Assembly (NCBI GenBank): GCA_037142615.1
Contig: JBAXAI010000027.1
Span: 1 to 49,798 of the forward strand
Origin: Spirochaetales bacterium
GTDB lineage: Bacteria; Spirochaetota; Spirochaetia; JABEVK01
Reading direction: 5' to 3'
Length of the DNA: 49,798 nt
In this document: piece after piece, positions 28,724 through 37,928 of the stretch
How the letters are laid out: each line of letters begins with the position of its first letter
How positions within the stretch are numbered: the stretch's first letter is position 1
The notes under the pieces: model-generated
Told to the model about the DNA's origin: nothing
The model's database searches: none
Seen by the model: only the letters and a program-made list of their open reading frames with translations
Translations under genes and position numbers: made by a program

Positions 28724-29784
28724 CAGCTTGCCCCCGTTTCGACGCGTCGCAGGCGCACTTTGCCGACGATGCTTCCGGCGATGAGCAGGAACAAAACACT
28801 GCCCTGCAACAAATTGCTCACCGACGAGGGTAACCCCATCGTCTGCACGCTGTAGCCGCCGACGATGAGCCCGCCAAAGAGCACCGAGCTGAGCACGATG
28901 CCGAACGGGTTGAGCCGGGCGATCCAGGCCACAATGATGGCGGTGTAGCCGTAGCCGGGGCTGATGCCGTACAGCAAGCGGTGCGCCACGCCCGACACTT
29001 CAGCCATGCCCGCCAGCCCGGCCAAACCACCCGACAGCAGCATCACCAGCACGGCGTAGCTTTTGAAGTTGACCCCGGCGTGACGGGCCGCCTCGGGGTT
29101 GGCGCCCAACAGCCGCAGTTCGTAGCCCCAGCGGGTCTTTTGAACGAACACCCACGCCAGCACCACCGCGACCAGTCCGAGCAGCAGACCCAGGTGCAAC
29201 CGCGAAGTGCCGAACGCCGGCAGGGTTTCGGCCGGGGTGAAGGCCGGGGTGCCGGGAAAGTTCATTCCCGCCGGGTCGCGCCAGGGTCCGTACACCACGA
29301 AGTCGAGCGCCTGCAGGGCCACGTAATTCAGCATCAGGCTGATAATCAGCTCATTGACGTTCCACAGCACCTTCGGCAGCGCCGTGAACAGACCCCACAG
29401 CGCCCCGGCGGCGATCCCTGCCAGCACCATCAGGGGGAGGGCGCTCCACGCCGGTAGGCCAGGCAAGTACACCGTGATCGCGGTGGCGGCCATGGCCCCG
29501 GCGACAAACTGACCTTCGGCGCCGATGTTCCACACCTGGATGCGGTAGGCCAAGCTGACGCCCAGGCCGCACAGCATCAGCGGGATGGCCTTGACCAGGG
29601 TTTCCGTGAACCCGAACTCGGTGCCGAAGGCGCCCACAAACATCTTGGCGTACACCGCACCGACGTTTTTGCCGGTCGCGGCGATGAACACCGCCACCAG
29701 CGCAAAGGCCAGCACCACGGCGAGCAAGGTCACCCACCCCGGCGACTCACGGCCTGCGGGGTCGAGTTCAAAACGGTAGCGCAT
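28723..29784 (-). CDS. Nucleoside/sugar ABC permease
   Basis: WNIGAEGQ, GYELR..G.NP.AA..AG, GYGYTAIIVA; ATG 29784 overlaps the upstream stop. Confidence 0.92.
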   Translation of the reverse strand: MRYRFELDPAGRESPGWVTLLAVVLAFALVAVFIAATGKNVGAVYAKMFVGAFGTEFGFTETLVKAIPLMLCGLGVSLAYRIQVWNIGAEGQFVAGAMAATAITVYLPGLPAWSALPLMVLAGIAAGALWGLFTALPKVLWNVNELIISLMLNYVALQALDFVVYGPWRDPAGMNFPGTPAFTPAETLPAFGTSRLHLGLLLGLVAVVLAWVFVQKTRWGYELRLLGANPEAARHAGVNFKSYAVLVMLLSGGLAGLAGMAEVSGVAHRLLYGISPGYGYTAIIVAWIARLNPFGIVLSSVLFGGLIVGGYSVQTMGLPSSVSNLLQGSVLFLLIAGSIVGKVRLRRVETGAS

Positions 29785-31298
29785 CAGTTCACCCCCGCCA
29801 TCATCAGGCCCAGTTGCTCGCGAACGGCCGACTCGTGGTTCACTTCGCCCATCACCTTGCCACCGAACAGCACGACGATGCGGTCGGCCAGCAACATCAG
29901 CTCGTCGAGGTCCTCGCTGATCAGCAGCACGCTGCGCCCTTCGTCGCGCAGGCCCATCAGCAGGTTGTGCACCACGTCGGTGGCGCCCACATCCAGGCCT
30001 TGGCTGGGATGCACGGCGATCAGCAGGTGCGGGCGCTGGTGAATCTCGCGCGCGAACAGGAGCTTTTGCTGGTTGCCGCCCGACATGTGTTTCACGGGAG
30101 CGTCGAGGTGGGTTGTCCGCACGTCGAACTGCTCCACGAGACCCTGGCTCCACAGCCGGTTGAGCGCGGTGCGCAGAAAGCCCAGCGTGGTGCGTTCGCC
30201 GCTGCGGTAGCTCTTGACCAGCAGGTTGTCGACCGAGCCCAAGCCACCTGCCAGCCCCGAGATCATGCGGTCTTCGGGCACATGGCTGATGCCCTGCCTG
30301 ATCGAATGGCGAACCGACGGCCCCTTCCAGCGGTAGTCGCGAAATGTGATGGTGCCACCCTTCCACGCCTGCAGGCCGGCCAGCACCTCGGCCAGTTCCT
30401 TTTGCCCGTTGCCAGCGACCCCCGCAATGCCGACGATTTCGCCGGTGCTGATCGCCAGCGACACCGCGTCAAGCGCTCGACGGCCGTGATCGCCCAGCAC
30501 CGTCACTTTGTCCATGTTCAACAGGGGCAGGCCAGGTTCCCGGGGTTTGCGTTCACGGGGCGGGGAGCGGTCTTGGCCGACCATCAGCTTGGCGATGGCG
30601 CGCTCGTCGGTTTCGGCCCGGTTGACCGTGGCGACCATCTTGCCCTTGCGCATCACCGAAATGCGGTCGGCCACGGCCATGACCTCTTTCAGTTTGTGGG
30701 TGGTCAGGATGATGGTTTTGCCCTCGACCTTGAGCTGAGCGAGCGTGGCAAACAGCTGGTCGGCCTCGCCGGGGGTGAGCACTGAGGTCGGCTCGTCGAG
30801 AATCAGCAGACTGGAGCCCCGGTACAGGCATTTCACGATTTCGACGCGTTGCTGTTCGCCTACCGAAAGTTGAGCTACCGGCCGCGCGGCGGGGAAGGGC
30901 AAACCGACCCGGGTGGCCAGCGCCTCGATTTCGGCGGTCTTGCGGACCATCCAGGCCTTGGTACGCCAAAAAGGCCGACCATCGCCAAGCACGATGTTTT
31001 CGGCCGCTGTGAGGGTTTTCACCAGCCGGAAGTTTTGGAACACCATGCCGATGCCCAGCCGCGCCGCGTCCTTAGGCGAATGGATGGCCACAGGCTTGCC
31101 GGCCAACAGGATCTCGCCGCTGGTGGGCCGGTACACGCCCGAAAGCATGCACATCACGGTGCTCTTGCCGGCGCCGTTTTCACCCAGCAGAGCGTGGATC
31201 TCGCCGGGCCGCAGCGAGAGGCTGACACGGTCATTGGCAAGAGTGGAACCGAACTGTTTGACCAGATTGCGTAGCTCAATGGCTGGGGCGACGTCCAT
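29784..31298 (-). CDS. Nucleoside/sugar ABC ATP-binding protein (tandem NBD)
   Basis: GENGAGKST, LSVGEQQ, DEPT, SGGNQQK; GGAGG SD. Confidence 0.93.
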   Translation of the reverse strand: MDVAPAIELRNLVKQFGSTLANDRVSLSLRPGEIHALLGENGAGKSTVMCMLSGVYRPTSGEILLAGKPVAIHSPKDAARLGIGMVFQNFRLVKTLTAAENIVLGDGRPFWRTKAWMVRKTAEIEALATRVGLPFPAARPVAQLSVGEQQRVEIVKCLYRGSSLLILDEPTSVLTPGEADQLFATLAQLKVEGKTIILTTHKLKEVMAVADRISVMRKGKMVATVNRAETDERAIAKLMVGQDRSPPRERKPREPGLPLLNMDKVTVLGDHGRRALDAVSLAISTGEIVGIAGVAGNGQKELAEVLAGLQAWKGGTITFRDYRWKGPSVRHSIRQGISHVPEDRMISGLAGGLGSVDNLLVKSYRSGERTTLGFLRTALNRLWSQGLVEQFDVRTTHLDAPVKHMSGGNQQKLLFAREIHQRPHLLIAVHPSQGLDVGATDVVHNLLMGLRDEGRSVLLISEDLDELMLLADRIVVLFGGKVMGEVNHESAVREQLGLMMAGVN

Positions 31299-31416
31299 TC
31301 TTCCTCCGGTCTGCATCGTAGCGAAGGATAACAGAAATGTCACCCGCGAAGGTCTTCCCCAATTCGTCGTTTTCTGGCACCCTCGTGACAAAATTGTCGT
31401 ATTCCGAGGAGGAATC

Positions 31417-32508
31417 ATGAAAATTCGCCATTTGATCCTGGGCGTCACCCTGATCGCCGGGCTGTTCGCCCTGGTGTCGTGTGAATCCAAGTCCGCCACC
31501 GTTGCCGGTGCCAATCCCCGCGTGGCTTTCGTGTACATCGGTCCCCCCGGAGACGGCGGCTACACCTACCAGCACGACCAGGGCCGCATCGCCCTCGAGG
31601 CCAAGCTTGGTCCGACTTTCAAGGCCGACACCGTCGAAAACGTGCCCGAAGGCGCCGACGCCGAGCGCGTCATCACCGACCTGGCCAACAACCACGACGT
31701 CGTGATCACCACCAGCTTCGGTTACATGGACCCCACCCTGGCCGTCGCCAAAAAGTTCCCCAAGGTCGTGTTTTTGCACTGCTCGGGCTACAAGACGGCC
31801 GACAACATGGGCACCTACTTCGGCAAGAACTTTCAGGCCAGTTACCTCGCGGGCATCGCGGCCGGCAAAACCACCAAAAAGAACCTGATCGGCTACGTGG
31901 GTGCCTTCGCTATTCCCGAGGTGATCTACAACGCCAACGCCTTCGCCCTGGGTGCCCAGAGCGTCAACCCCAAGGTCAAAGTCAGCCTCGTCTGGACCAA
32001 CACCTGGTTCGACCCCGCCAAGGAACGCCAGGCCGCCATCAGCTTGCTCGACAAGGGCGCCGACGTGCTGCTGGCCTACCAGGACAGCCCCGCCACGCTG
32101 CAAGCAGCCGCCGAACGCGGAGCCTTGGCTGGTGGCAACGACAGCGACATGACCAAGTACGCGCCCAAGGCCTACCTCACCAACCCGGTTTGGAACTGGG
32201 GCCCGTACTACATCAAGGCCGTGGAAGCCGTGAAAGCCGGCACCTGGAAGACCGAGCAGTTCCTCGGCGACATGGCCGATGGCACGGTCAGCCTGGCCCC
32301 CATGGGCGAAAGCGTGCCCGCCGACGTGAAGGCCCTCGTCGCCGCCGCTCAGGAAAAGATCATCAAGGGTGAGCTCGACGTGTTCGCCGGCCCCCTCGTC
32401 GACCAGAGCGGCAAAGAAATGGTCGCCAAGGGCGCAGCGCTGGCTATCGGTGATGTGCTGGGGATGAATTGGTTTGTTGCCGGCATCGACGGCACGATTC
32501 CTCAGTAA
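31417..32508 (+). CDS. BMP-family nucleoside-binding lipoprotein
   Basis: Lipobox LVSC; GPPGDGGYT, TSFGYMD, WFDPAKE, WNWG. Confidence 0.93.
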   Translation: MKIRHLILGVTLIAGLFALVSCESKSATVAGANPRVAFVYIGPPGDGGYTYQHDQGRIALEAKLGPTFKADTVENVPEGADAERVITDLANNHDVVITTSFGYMDPTLAVAKKFPKVVFLHCSGYKTADNMGTYFGKNFQASYLAGIAAGKTTKKNLIGYVGAFAIPEVIYNANAFALGAQSVNPKVKVSLVWTNTWFDPAKERQAAISLLDKGADVLLAYQDSPATLQAAAERGALAGGNDSDMTKYAPKAYLTNPVWNWGPYYIKAVEAVKAGTWKTEQFLGDMADGTVSLAPMGESVPADVKALVAAAQEKIIKGELDVFAGPLVDQSGKEMVAKGAALAIGDVLGMNWFVAGIDGTIPQ

Positions 32509-33104
32509 AGCTCGGCTGGCCAGACGGTGGCGACATCGAGGGTGAACTCGGGGAGCACCGCGCTGGTCAGCAGCCCTTTGACATCGAAGGTCACTTCGAT
32601 GCCGAAGCGGCCGTCGGTGCCCCTCACGTACTGCTGAATCCATTTTGCCATGGGGTCGACCACCCAGTATTCGCGCACGCCGGCCCGCTGGTACAGGTCG
32701 AACTTTTCGTGCTGGTCCTTGCGGCTGGTGGAAGGCGACAGCACCTCGACCACCAGATCGGGGGCACCCCAAATGCCTTTGTCGCGGAGCTTGGCCTTGT
32801 CGCACACCACCAGAACATCGGGCTGTACCACGGTATCGACGTCGTCTTCGTCCATCTCGTTCACGCGCGGAATAAACACGTCGGTGGCCGCGATGTAGGC
32901 CTTGCACGGTTTGCCTCGAAGGTGTTCGGACAACTTCACGTAAATCGTTCCCCCGATATCCTGGTGGCGCAACCTCGGCGCCGGGCTCATGTTGTAGGCC
33001 ACGCCGTCGATCAGTTCCCAGCGTTCATCGTCGCCCCACTGGCGGTAGTCCTTGTACGTGTAGTGGTATTCGCTTTTGCGGACGGGAAATCCCATGTTTC
33101 TCAT
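32502..33104 (-). CDS. Uma2-family (PD-(D/E)XK) putative endonuclease
   Basis: ELIDG..MSPAP..HQ, QPDVLVVCD, PDLVVEVLSPST, GVREYWVVDP; alternative start at 33095. Confidence 0.92.
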   Translation of the reverse strand: MRNMGFPVRKSEYHYTYKDYRQWGDDERWELIDGVAYNMSPAPRLRHQDIGGTIYVKLSEHLRGKPCKAYIAATDVFIPRVNEMDEDDVDTVVQPDVLVVCDKAKLRDKGIWGAPDLVVEVLSPSTSRKDQHEKFDLYQRAGVREYWVVDPMAKWIQQYVRGTDGRFGIEVTFDVKGLLTSAVLPEFTLDVATVWPAELY

Positions 33105-33170
33105 TCCTCCATTGTACCTACCTAACAAGGGATTTGCCTATTCTGCTTGCGACAGTGGTATACTTCGGCG

Positions 33171-33854
33171 ATGAAAAACAGCATGGTTCAGGTTCCCGGC
33201 GCGGATGGCAAGCGAGTCCTCGACTCGTATTTTGTGAAGCCGGAGGGAGACGGGCCGTTCCCGGCGGTGCTCGTCATCCACGAGGTCTTCGGGCTCAACG
33301 ACAACATCCGGGGCATTGCCGACCAGTTTGCCGCCGAAGGCTTCGCCGCGCTGGCTGTCGACCTGTTCGCCAACCGGCCCAGACCCTACTGCCTGATGCA
33401 GGCCTTTCACGGTTTGATGTTCAAACCGCTCGACAACCCGATGTTGGCTGATTTGCGGGGCACGGTTACGTTCTTGGCTACCTTGCCCGGGGTGGACCCC
33501 AAGCGTATCGGAGCCGTCGGCTTTTGCATGGGAGGCGGCTACGCGCTCCAGTTGGCGTTTACCGAAAGCGGGCTCAAGGCCGCGTCGTCCTTTTACGGTT
33601 CGGCACCCAAGCCCTTGGCCGTGATGGCCTCGGCCTGCCCCATGATGGGAAGCTACCCCGAAAAGGACTTCACCACGCAAAGCGCCCGCGAGCTCGAGGC
33701 GGCGCTGGTCGAGCGTGACGTGGCCCACGACTTCAAGTACTACGCCAACACGGCGCACTCGTTTTTCAACCGGCCACGTTCCGAGTTCGAGGTAGAGGCG
33801 TCGAAGGATTCCTGGCAGCGTATGCTGGCTTTTTTTGCCCAGCACATCGCCTGA
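33171..33854 (+). CDS. Dienelactone hydrolase family protein
   Basis: HEVFGLN, GFCMGG nucleophile, HSFFN. Confidence 0.92.
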   Translation: MKNSMVQVPGADGKRVLDSYFVKPEGDGPFPAVLVIHEVFGLNDNIRGIADQFAAEGFAALAVDLFANRPRPYCLMQAFHGLMFKPLDNPMLADLRGTVTFLATLPGVDPKRIGAVGFCMGGGYALQLAFTESGLKAASSFYGSAPKPLAVMASACPMMGSYPEKDFTTQSARELEAALVERDVAHDFKYYANTAHSFFNRPRSEFEVEASKDSWQRMLAFFAQHIA

Positions 33855-33861
33855 CCGAGCC

Positions 33862-34593
33862 CTACTTCAGCTTCAGGAGCTTGCGAAGCTGATCGCGGGT
33901 TTCGATCACGTGGAGCGGATCTCCGAGACCCGGAACACTGCCCTCGGCCAGCGCGTGAACGTAGAGGCCCAGCTCGCCAGGGGTCAGCCAGTCGGCCGCG
34001 CTCTGTTCGCCGCGCGCCCGGGTAGCTATGGGGGTCTTCGACGTCACCGAGTACACCTTCACCTTGCCGCCCGAAGCTTCGAGCGCTTCGACCCGCGCCA
34101 TCATCTTCTGCGCGGCCGCCATGATCGACATCAGTCCTGTTTCGGGATGCGCAAAGTCGGCCTCGGGCCCGGTGAGGGTGATGTAGGTGCCGTGGTCCTG
34201 CTCGTGGAACTGACTCATAAACTCTTGTTGCAAATGGAAATGGGTCGAGATATTCTCGCTGATTAGCTTGTCCCACACGGCCCTCTGAATCTTTTGCAGG
34301 CTATAGCCGTAGTAGGAACTTCCGACCGAGACGACCACGAGATCCACCGTTTTGGCGGCGGTGACCATCTGTTTGCGGAGGGAGGCGATTTCGGCAGCGA
34401 CGGAAAGGTCAGTGTGTACGAGATGGAGCCTGTCGGCCGACACCGAGGCCACGAACGCCTTGAGACGGTCGCCGCCTGTCGGTTCACGCACCGGAACCCA
34501 GACGTTCCAGCCGGCTTCGAGCAGGACCTTGACAATGCCTTCACCGAGGCCACCGGTCCCACCGGCGATCAGGGCAGTTTTTGCGATAGCCAT
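33862..34593 (-). CDS. Atypical SDR-family oxidoreductase
   Basis: Rossmann motif AGGTGGLG; no clear YxxxK. Confidence 0.75.
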   Translation of the reverse strand: MAIAKTALIAGGTGGLGEGIVKVLLEAGWNVWVPVREPTGGDRLKAFVASVSADRLHLVHTDLSVAAEIASLRKQMVTAAKTVDLVVVSVGSSYYGYSLQKIQRAVWDKLISENISTHFHLQQEFMSQFHEQDHGTYITLTGPEADFAHPETGLMSIMAAAQKMMARVEALEASGGKVKVYSVTSKTPIATRARGEQSAADWLTPGELGLYVHALAEGSVPGLGDPLHVIETRDQLRKLLKLK

Positions 34594-34620
34594 AGAGAGC
34601 CTCCTATTCTGACAAGAAGA

Positions 34621-35082
34621 CTAAGTCATGTCGCTGTTGCATTCCAGCATCTTGAGGAGAATTTGGTCGACCATGGCTTTGGTGCGCATGGCTTGCTCCA
34701 CGTCGAGGTGGGTGTCGGCCACGAAGCTCTCGGGGATGCGGATGGCCTCGCCCTGCATGGCCAGGCCCTGAGGCGTCAGGTGGATTTCGACCGTCCGCTC
34801 ATCGAGTTTGCCTCGCCGTCGTTCGATGAAGCCCGCCGACTCCATGCGCTTGAGCAACGGGGTGAGCGTGCCCGAGTCGAGGTACAAGCGGGCTCCGATT
34901 TCGTTCACCGCGACGCCGTCGGCCTCCCACAGGATCAGCAGGACAAGGTACTGCGGGTAGGTCAGCCCGTACTTGTCGAGAATGGGGCGGTAGGCCCGGG
35001 TGATGGCCCTCGAGGCCGCGTAGATCGAAAAGCAAAGCTGGTTGTCGAGCTTGAGGAGCTCAGGGACGACTCGGGTTGGCAT
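34621..35082 (-). CDS. ohrR: OhrR-like MarR regulator
   Basis: LDNQLCFSIY with the sensing Cys; LTYPQYL, LDSGTLTPLLKR, DER. Confidence 0.85.
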   Translation of the reverse strand: MPTRVVPELLKLDNQLCFSIYAASRAITRAYRPILDKYGLTYPQYLVLLILWEADGVAVNEIGARLYLDSGTLTPLLKRMESAGFIERRRGKLDERTVEIHLTPQGLAMQGEAIRIPESFVADTHLDVEQAMRTKAMVDQILLKMLECNSDMT

Positions 35083-35101
35083 CCATCAAAAGTACTCCCA
35101 C

Positions 35102-35114
35102 ACAATTCAATTGT
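35102..35114. promoter_or_regulatory. OhrR-box-like operator
   Basis: ACAATT-N-AATTGT palindrome overlapping the TGGACA-N17-TACTTT promoter of ohrR. Confidence 0.75.
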
Positions 35115-36912
35115 CCACTAGCTGTTTGCAAGCGGCCTCGAGCCAAGCCCGCGTCGGGGCGTCGACCAGTGGCGACACCAGGGCTAGCACCTGCGCATGG
35201 TAGGCGTCGAGCCAGGCCCGCTCGTCGTCCTCGAGCAACGACACATCGATCAGGCGGCGCTCAAAGGGGCAAAAGCTCACCGTTTCCCAGCCTAAAAAGG
35301 CGCCAAACTCGTTCTTGGGCCCGGCCGTCACCACCAGGAGGTTCTCGAGCCGGATGCCGTACTTGCCGGGGCGGTACAGTCCCGGTTCGTTTGACAGCAG
35401 CATTCCGGGCTCGAGAATCACGTTCACCGGCTCGGCGTTGACCCGGGGCGGACCCTCGTGCACCGAAAGGTATTGGCCCACGCCGTGGCCGGTGCCGTGG
35501 CCGTAGTTGCGCAGCTTCTTCCACAGCACGCGGCGGGCAAACGCATCGACGCTGTAGCCGCGCGTGCCAGCGGGGAAGGGCGTGAGGGCGAGTTGAATGT
35601 GCGCCTTGAGCACCAGCGTGTAGTCCTCGATCTCTTCGGGAAGGGCCGGACCAACCAGCAACGTGCGCGTGAGGTCGGTGGTTCCCTCGGTGTACTGGGC
35701 CCCCGTGTCGAGCAGAAACAGGCCTTGGCCGGTCAGCGGGCGCTCTTGGCCCGGGGTGAGGTGAAAGTGGATGATGGCGCCGTTGTCGCGCCAGCCGGGG
35801 ATGGGGGTGAAGCTTTCTCCGCGGAACCCGGCTTGAGCCCGCCGGAACTCGAGGAGCTTGTCGCTCGCGGTCAGCTCGGTTTCGCGGCTGTGGCCAGCGC
35901 TGACTGTCGCGTCGAACCACGCCAGGAAGTTCGCCAAAGCGGCCGCGTCCTTCAGGTGGGCGGTGCGGATCAGGTCGAGCTCGCCGGGGGTTTTGCAGGC
36001 CTTGGGTCGCGCCAGCAACGACGGGGCGTGCACCAGGTTGCCCGACACGAGCTTCTGCGTCAGCACTTGGTGCAGCGCCTCGTTGGTGCGCTCGGGGCTG
36101 ACCAGCACCTTGGGCGTCAGCGTCGAGGCCGGCGAGTGGTCGAACAGGTCGTGGTAGGGCTTCACGGTCACGCCGTCGTCGGTCAGTTCCTCCAGAACCC
36201 CGCGCTCCAGCCGGCTGGCGTCGGTGAACAACGTGCAGCTGTCGGCCTCGACCCACACCCACGCCAGGAAGACCGGGTTGTACGCGATGTCGCTACCCCG
36301 GAGGTTGAGCAGCCAAGCGATCTCGTCGAGCGCCGTGACCACGTGGGCTCCGGCCCCCCGGCTGACCAGGGTCCGCCTCAGCGCGGCCAGTTTTTCCTTG
36401 CGCGGGGTCAAGCCACCCACCAGCGCCTGGTAGTCGAGCACGGGGTGGGCTGGCAACGCGGGCCTATCGGTCCACAACGTATCGAGCACGTCGTCGGTGG
36501 CCTTGAGCGTGATGCCGGCCGGGGCCAACTCGCCGCGCCACGTTTCGAGCCGGGCGTGCATGACGGTCAGCGCGTCGGTGCCGACCACGGCGCCCCGGTG
36601 CAACAGGCTCTTGAGCCAGTCCATGGGACTGGGAGTCTCGGGTTGTTGCTCCTTCATCAGTGCGATGCCCGAACCTTTCAGCTCGGCCTCGGCCTGCAAA
36701 AAGTAGCGCCCGTCGGTCCACAGCGCGGCGGCGTCAGCCGTCACCACGACCAACCCCGCCGAGCCGGTAAAGCCGCTGATCCACTGCCGGGTTTCCCAGC
36801 GTTCGGGCGTGTACTCGCTGTCGTGAGGGTCGGTGCTGGTCACCACCCAGGCGGCCAGGCCCCTGGCGTGAAGTTCGCGGCGCAGCGCGCCCAGGCGTTC
36901 GGCAATGGTCAT
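35107..36912 (-). CDS. Xaa-Pro aminopeptidase (M24B, aminopeptidase P)
   Basis: DPHDSEY, GFTGSAG, DTGAQY.EGTTD.TRT, HGTGHGVG, HEGP, NEPG, GIRLEN. Confidence 0.93.
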   Translation of the reverse strand: MTIAERLGALRRELHARGLAAWVVTSTDPHDSEYTPERWETRQWISGFTGSAGLVVVTADAAALWTDGRYFLQAEAELKGSGIALMKEQQPETPSPMDWLKSLLHRGAVVGTDALTVMHARLETWRGELAPAGITLKATDDVLDTLWTDRPALPAHPVLDYQALVGGLTPRKEKLAALRRTLVSRGAGAHVVTALDEIAWLLNLRGSDIAYNPVFLAWVWVEADSCTLFTDASRLERGVLEELTDDGVTVKPYHDLFDHSPASTLTPKVLVSPERTNEALHQVLTQKLVSGNLVHAPSLLARPKACKTPGELDLIRTAHLKDAAALANFLAWFDATVSAGHSRETELTASDKLLEFRRAQAGFRGESFTPIPGWRDNGAIIHFHLTPGQERPLTGQGLFLLDTGAQYTEGTTDLTRTLLVGPALPEEIEDYTLVLKAHIQLALTPFPAGTRGYSVDAFARRVLWKKLRNYGHGTGHGVGQYLSVHEGPPRVNAEPVNVILEPGMLLSNEPGLYRPGKYGIRLENLLVVTAGPKNEFGAFLGWETVSFCPFERRLIDVSLLEDDERAWLDAYHAQVLALVSPLVDAPTRAWLEAACKQLVDN

Positions 36913-36929
36913 CGGGGTTCTCCTTCTTC

Positions 36930-37754
36930 TCAAAGCGAATTGTCGTTGTAGAAGCGCCGGATCAGACGGCGGGCCAAGCTCAGCGAAGGGGGAAGGGCGG
37001 GCAGAGAATCGCGGCCAAACCAGCCGGCTTCGACGATCTCGAGGCCGTCGGGCGTGGGTTCACCGCTTTTCCAGGGCACCAGAAAGCCGGCCATCAGCTG
37101 GCTGGGAAAGGGCCAAGGCTGGCTTTCGACGTACACGGGCTTGCCCACTTCGACGTTCACTTCCTCGCGCACTTCGCGGGCCACGGTCGCCTCGAGGGTT
37201 TCGCCGGCTTCGACGTACCCCGCCAAGCAACTGAAAACCGGTGCCGCGATCGACCGCGCGTGACGCGCCAGCAAAATCTCATCGCCCCGGTACACCAGCA
37301 TGATCACACACGGGTTGAGGCGCGGATACAATTCTGCCTCGCAGCGGGGGCACACCAGCGCAAACTCCGCGTCGCGGCGCACCAGGGGCGTACCGCACGT
37401 GCCGCAAAACTGGTGGGTCTGCAACCAGTAGGCGTACACGACAGCGCGGTTCAGCAAAGCCGCCTGTTCGGCCTCGGCGCGGGCCAGCACCTGACGAAGC
37501 GGCTCCAGAGCAAGCGGACGCGGCTTTTCGGCAACCACGAGCACCCAGACGGCGTTCCCGTCTCGTTCGCCCAGAAAGAACTGATGCGCCGGACCAACAA
37601 CCTGCCAAACCCCACGTTCGGCCAGTACCTCGGAACCGCTGGAAAGGCCGGGAACCCTTGGCGGAATCGCTACCGAAAATTGCGGTTTGGTTGCCACGAG
37701 CACAAGACAGAGGTCGTCATCCGAGGGAACCGCAGCGCGGGAGAAGAAACGCAT
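36930..37754 (-). CDS. nudC: NAD(H) diphosphatase
   Basis: Zn ribbon CxxC/CxxC, Nudix box GETLE..VAREVREE, SQPWPFP. Confidence 0.95.
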   Translation of the reverse strand: MRFFSRAAVPSDDDLCLVLVATKPQFSVAIPPRVPGLSSGSEVLAERGVWQVVGPAHQFFLGERDGNAVWVLVVAEKPRPLALEPLRQVLARAEAEQAALLNRAVVYAYWLQTHQFCGTCGTPLVRRDAEFALVCPRCEAELYPRLNPCVIMLVYRGDEILLARHARSIAAPVFSCLAGYVEAGETLEATVAREVREEVNVEVGKPVYVESQPWPFPSQLMAGFLVPWKSGEPTPDGLEIVEAGWFGRDSLPALPPSLSLARRLIRRFYNDNSL

Positions 37755-37928
37755 CTTGTTGTAGCGTATCGGATTTTTCCCGGATTGGAAAGCGCGGGGC
37801 TCCCCCTACAAGAGGTTTTGGAAGTGTGAAGATTCGGTGAACGGTCGGGACGTCAGGTTGGAAAAACACCCCAACCTGCGATAGCTTACCTGTCTTGTAG
37901 GATTTGGCACTTTGCATGGGGAGGATCT

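Noticed and set aside
25249-32907. Long antisense/alternate-frame ORFs (e.g. 25249-27111, 27075-28799, 31276-32907)
   Set aside because: Shadow ORFs of high-GC genes with no motifs; the same applies across the window.
37904-37920. TGGCAC as a sigma54 promoter
   Set aside because: GG-to-GC spacing is 6, not 10; the -12 position reads GG.
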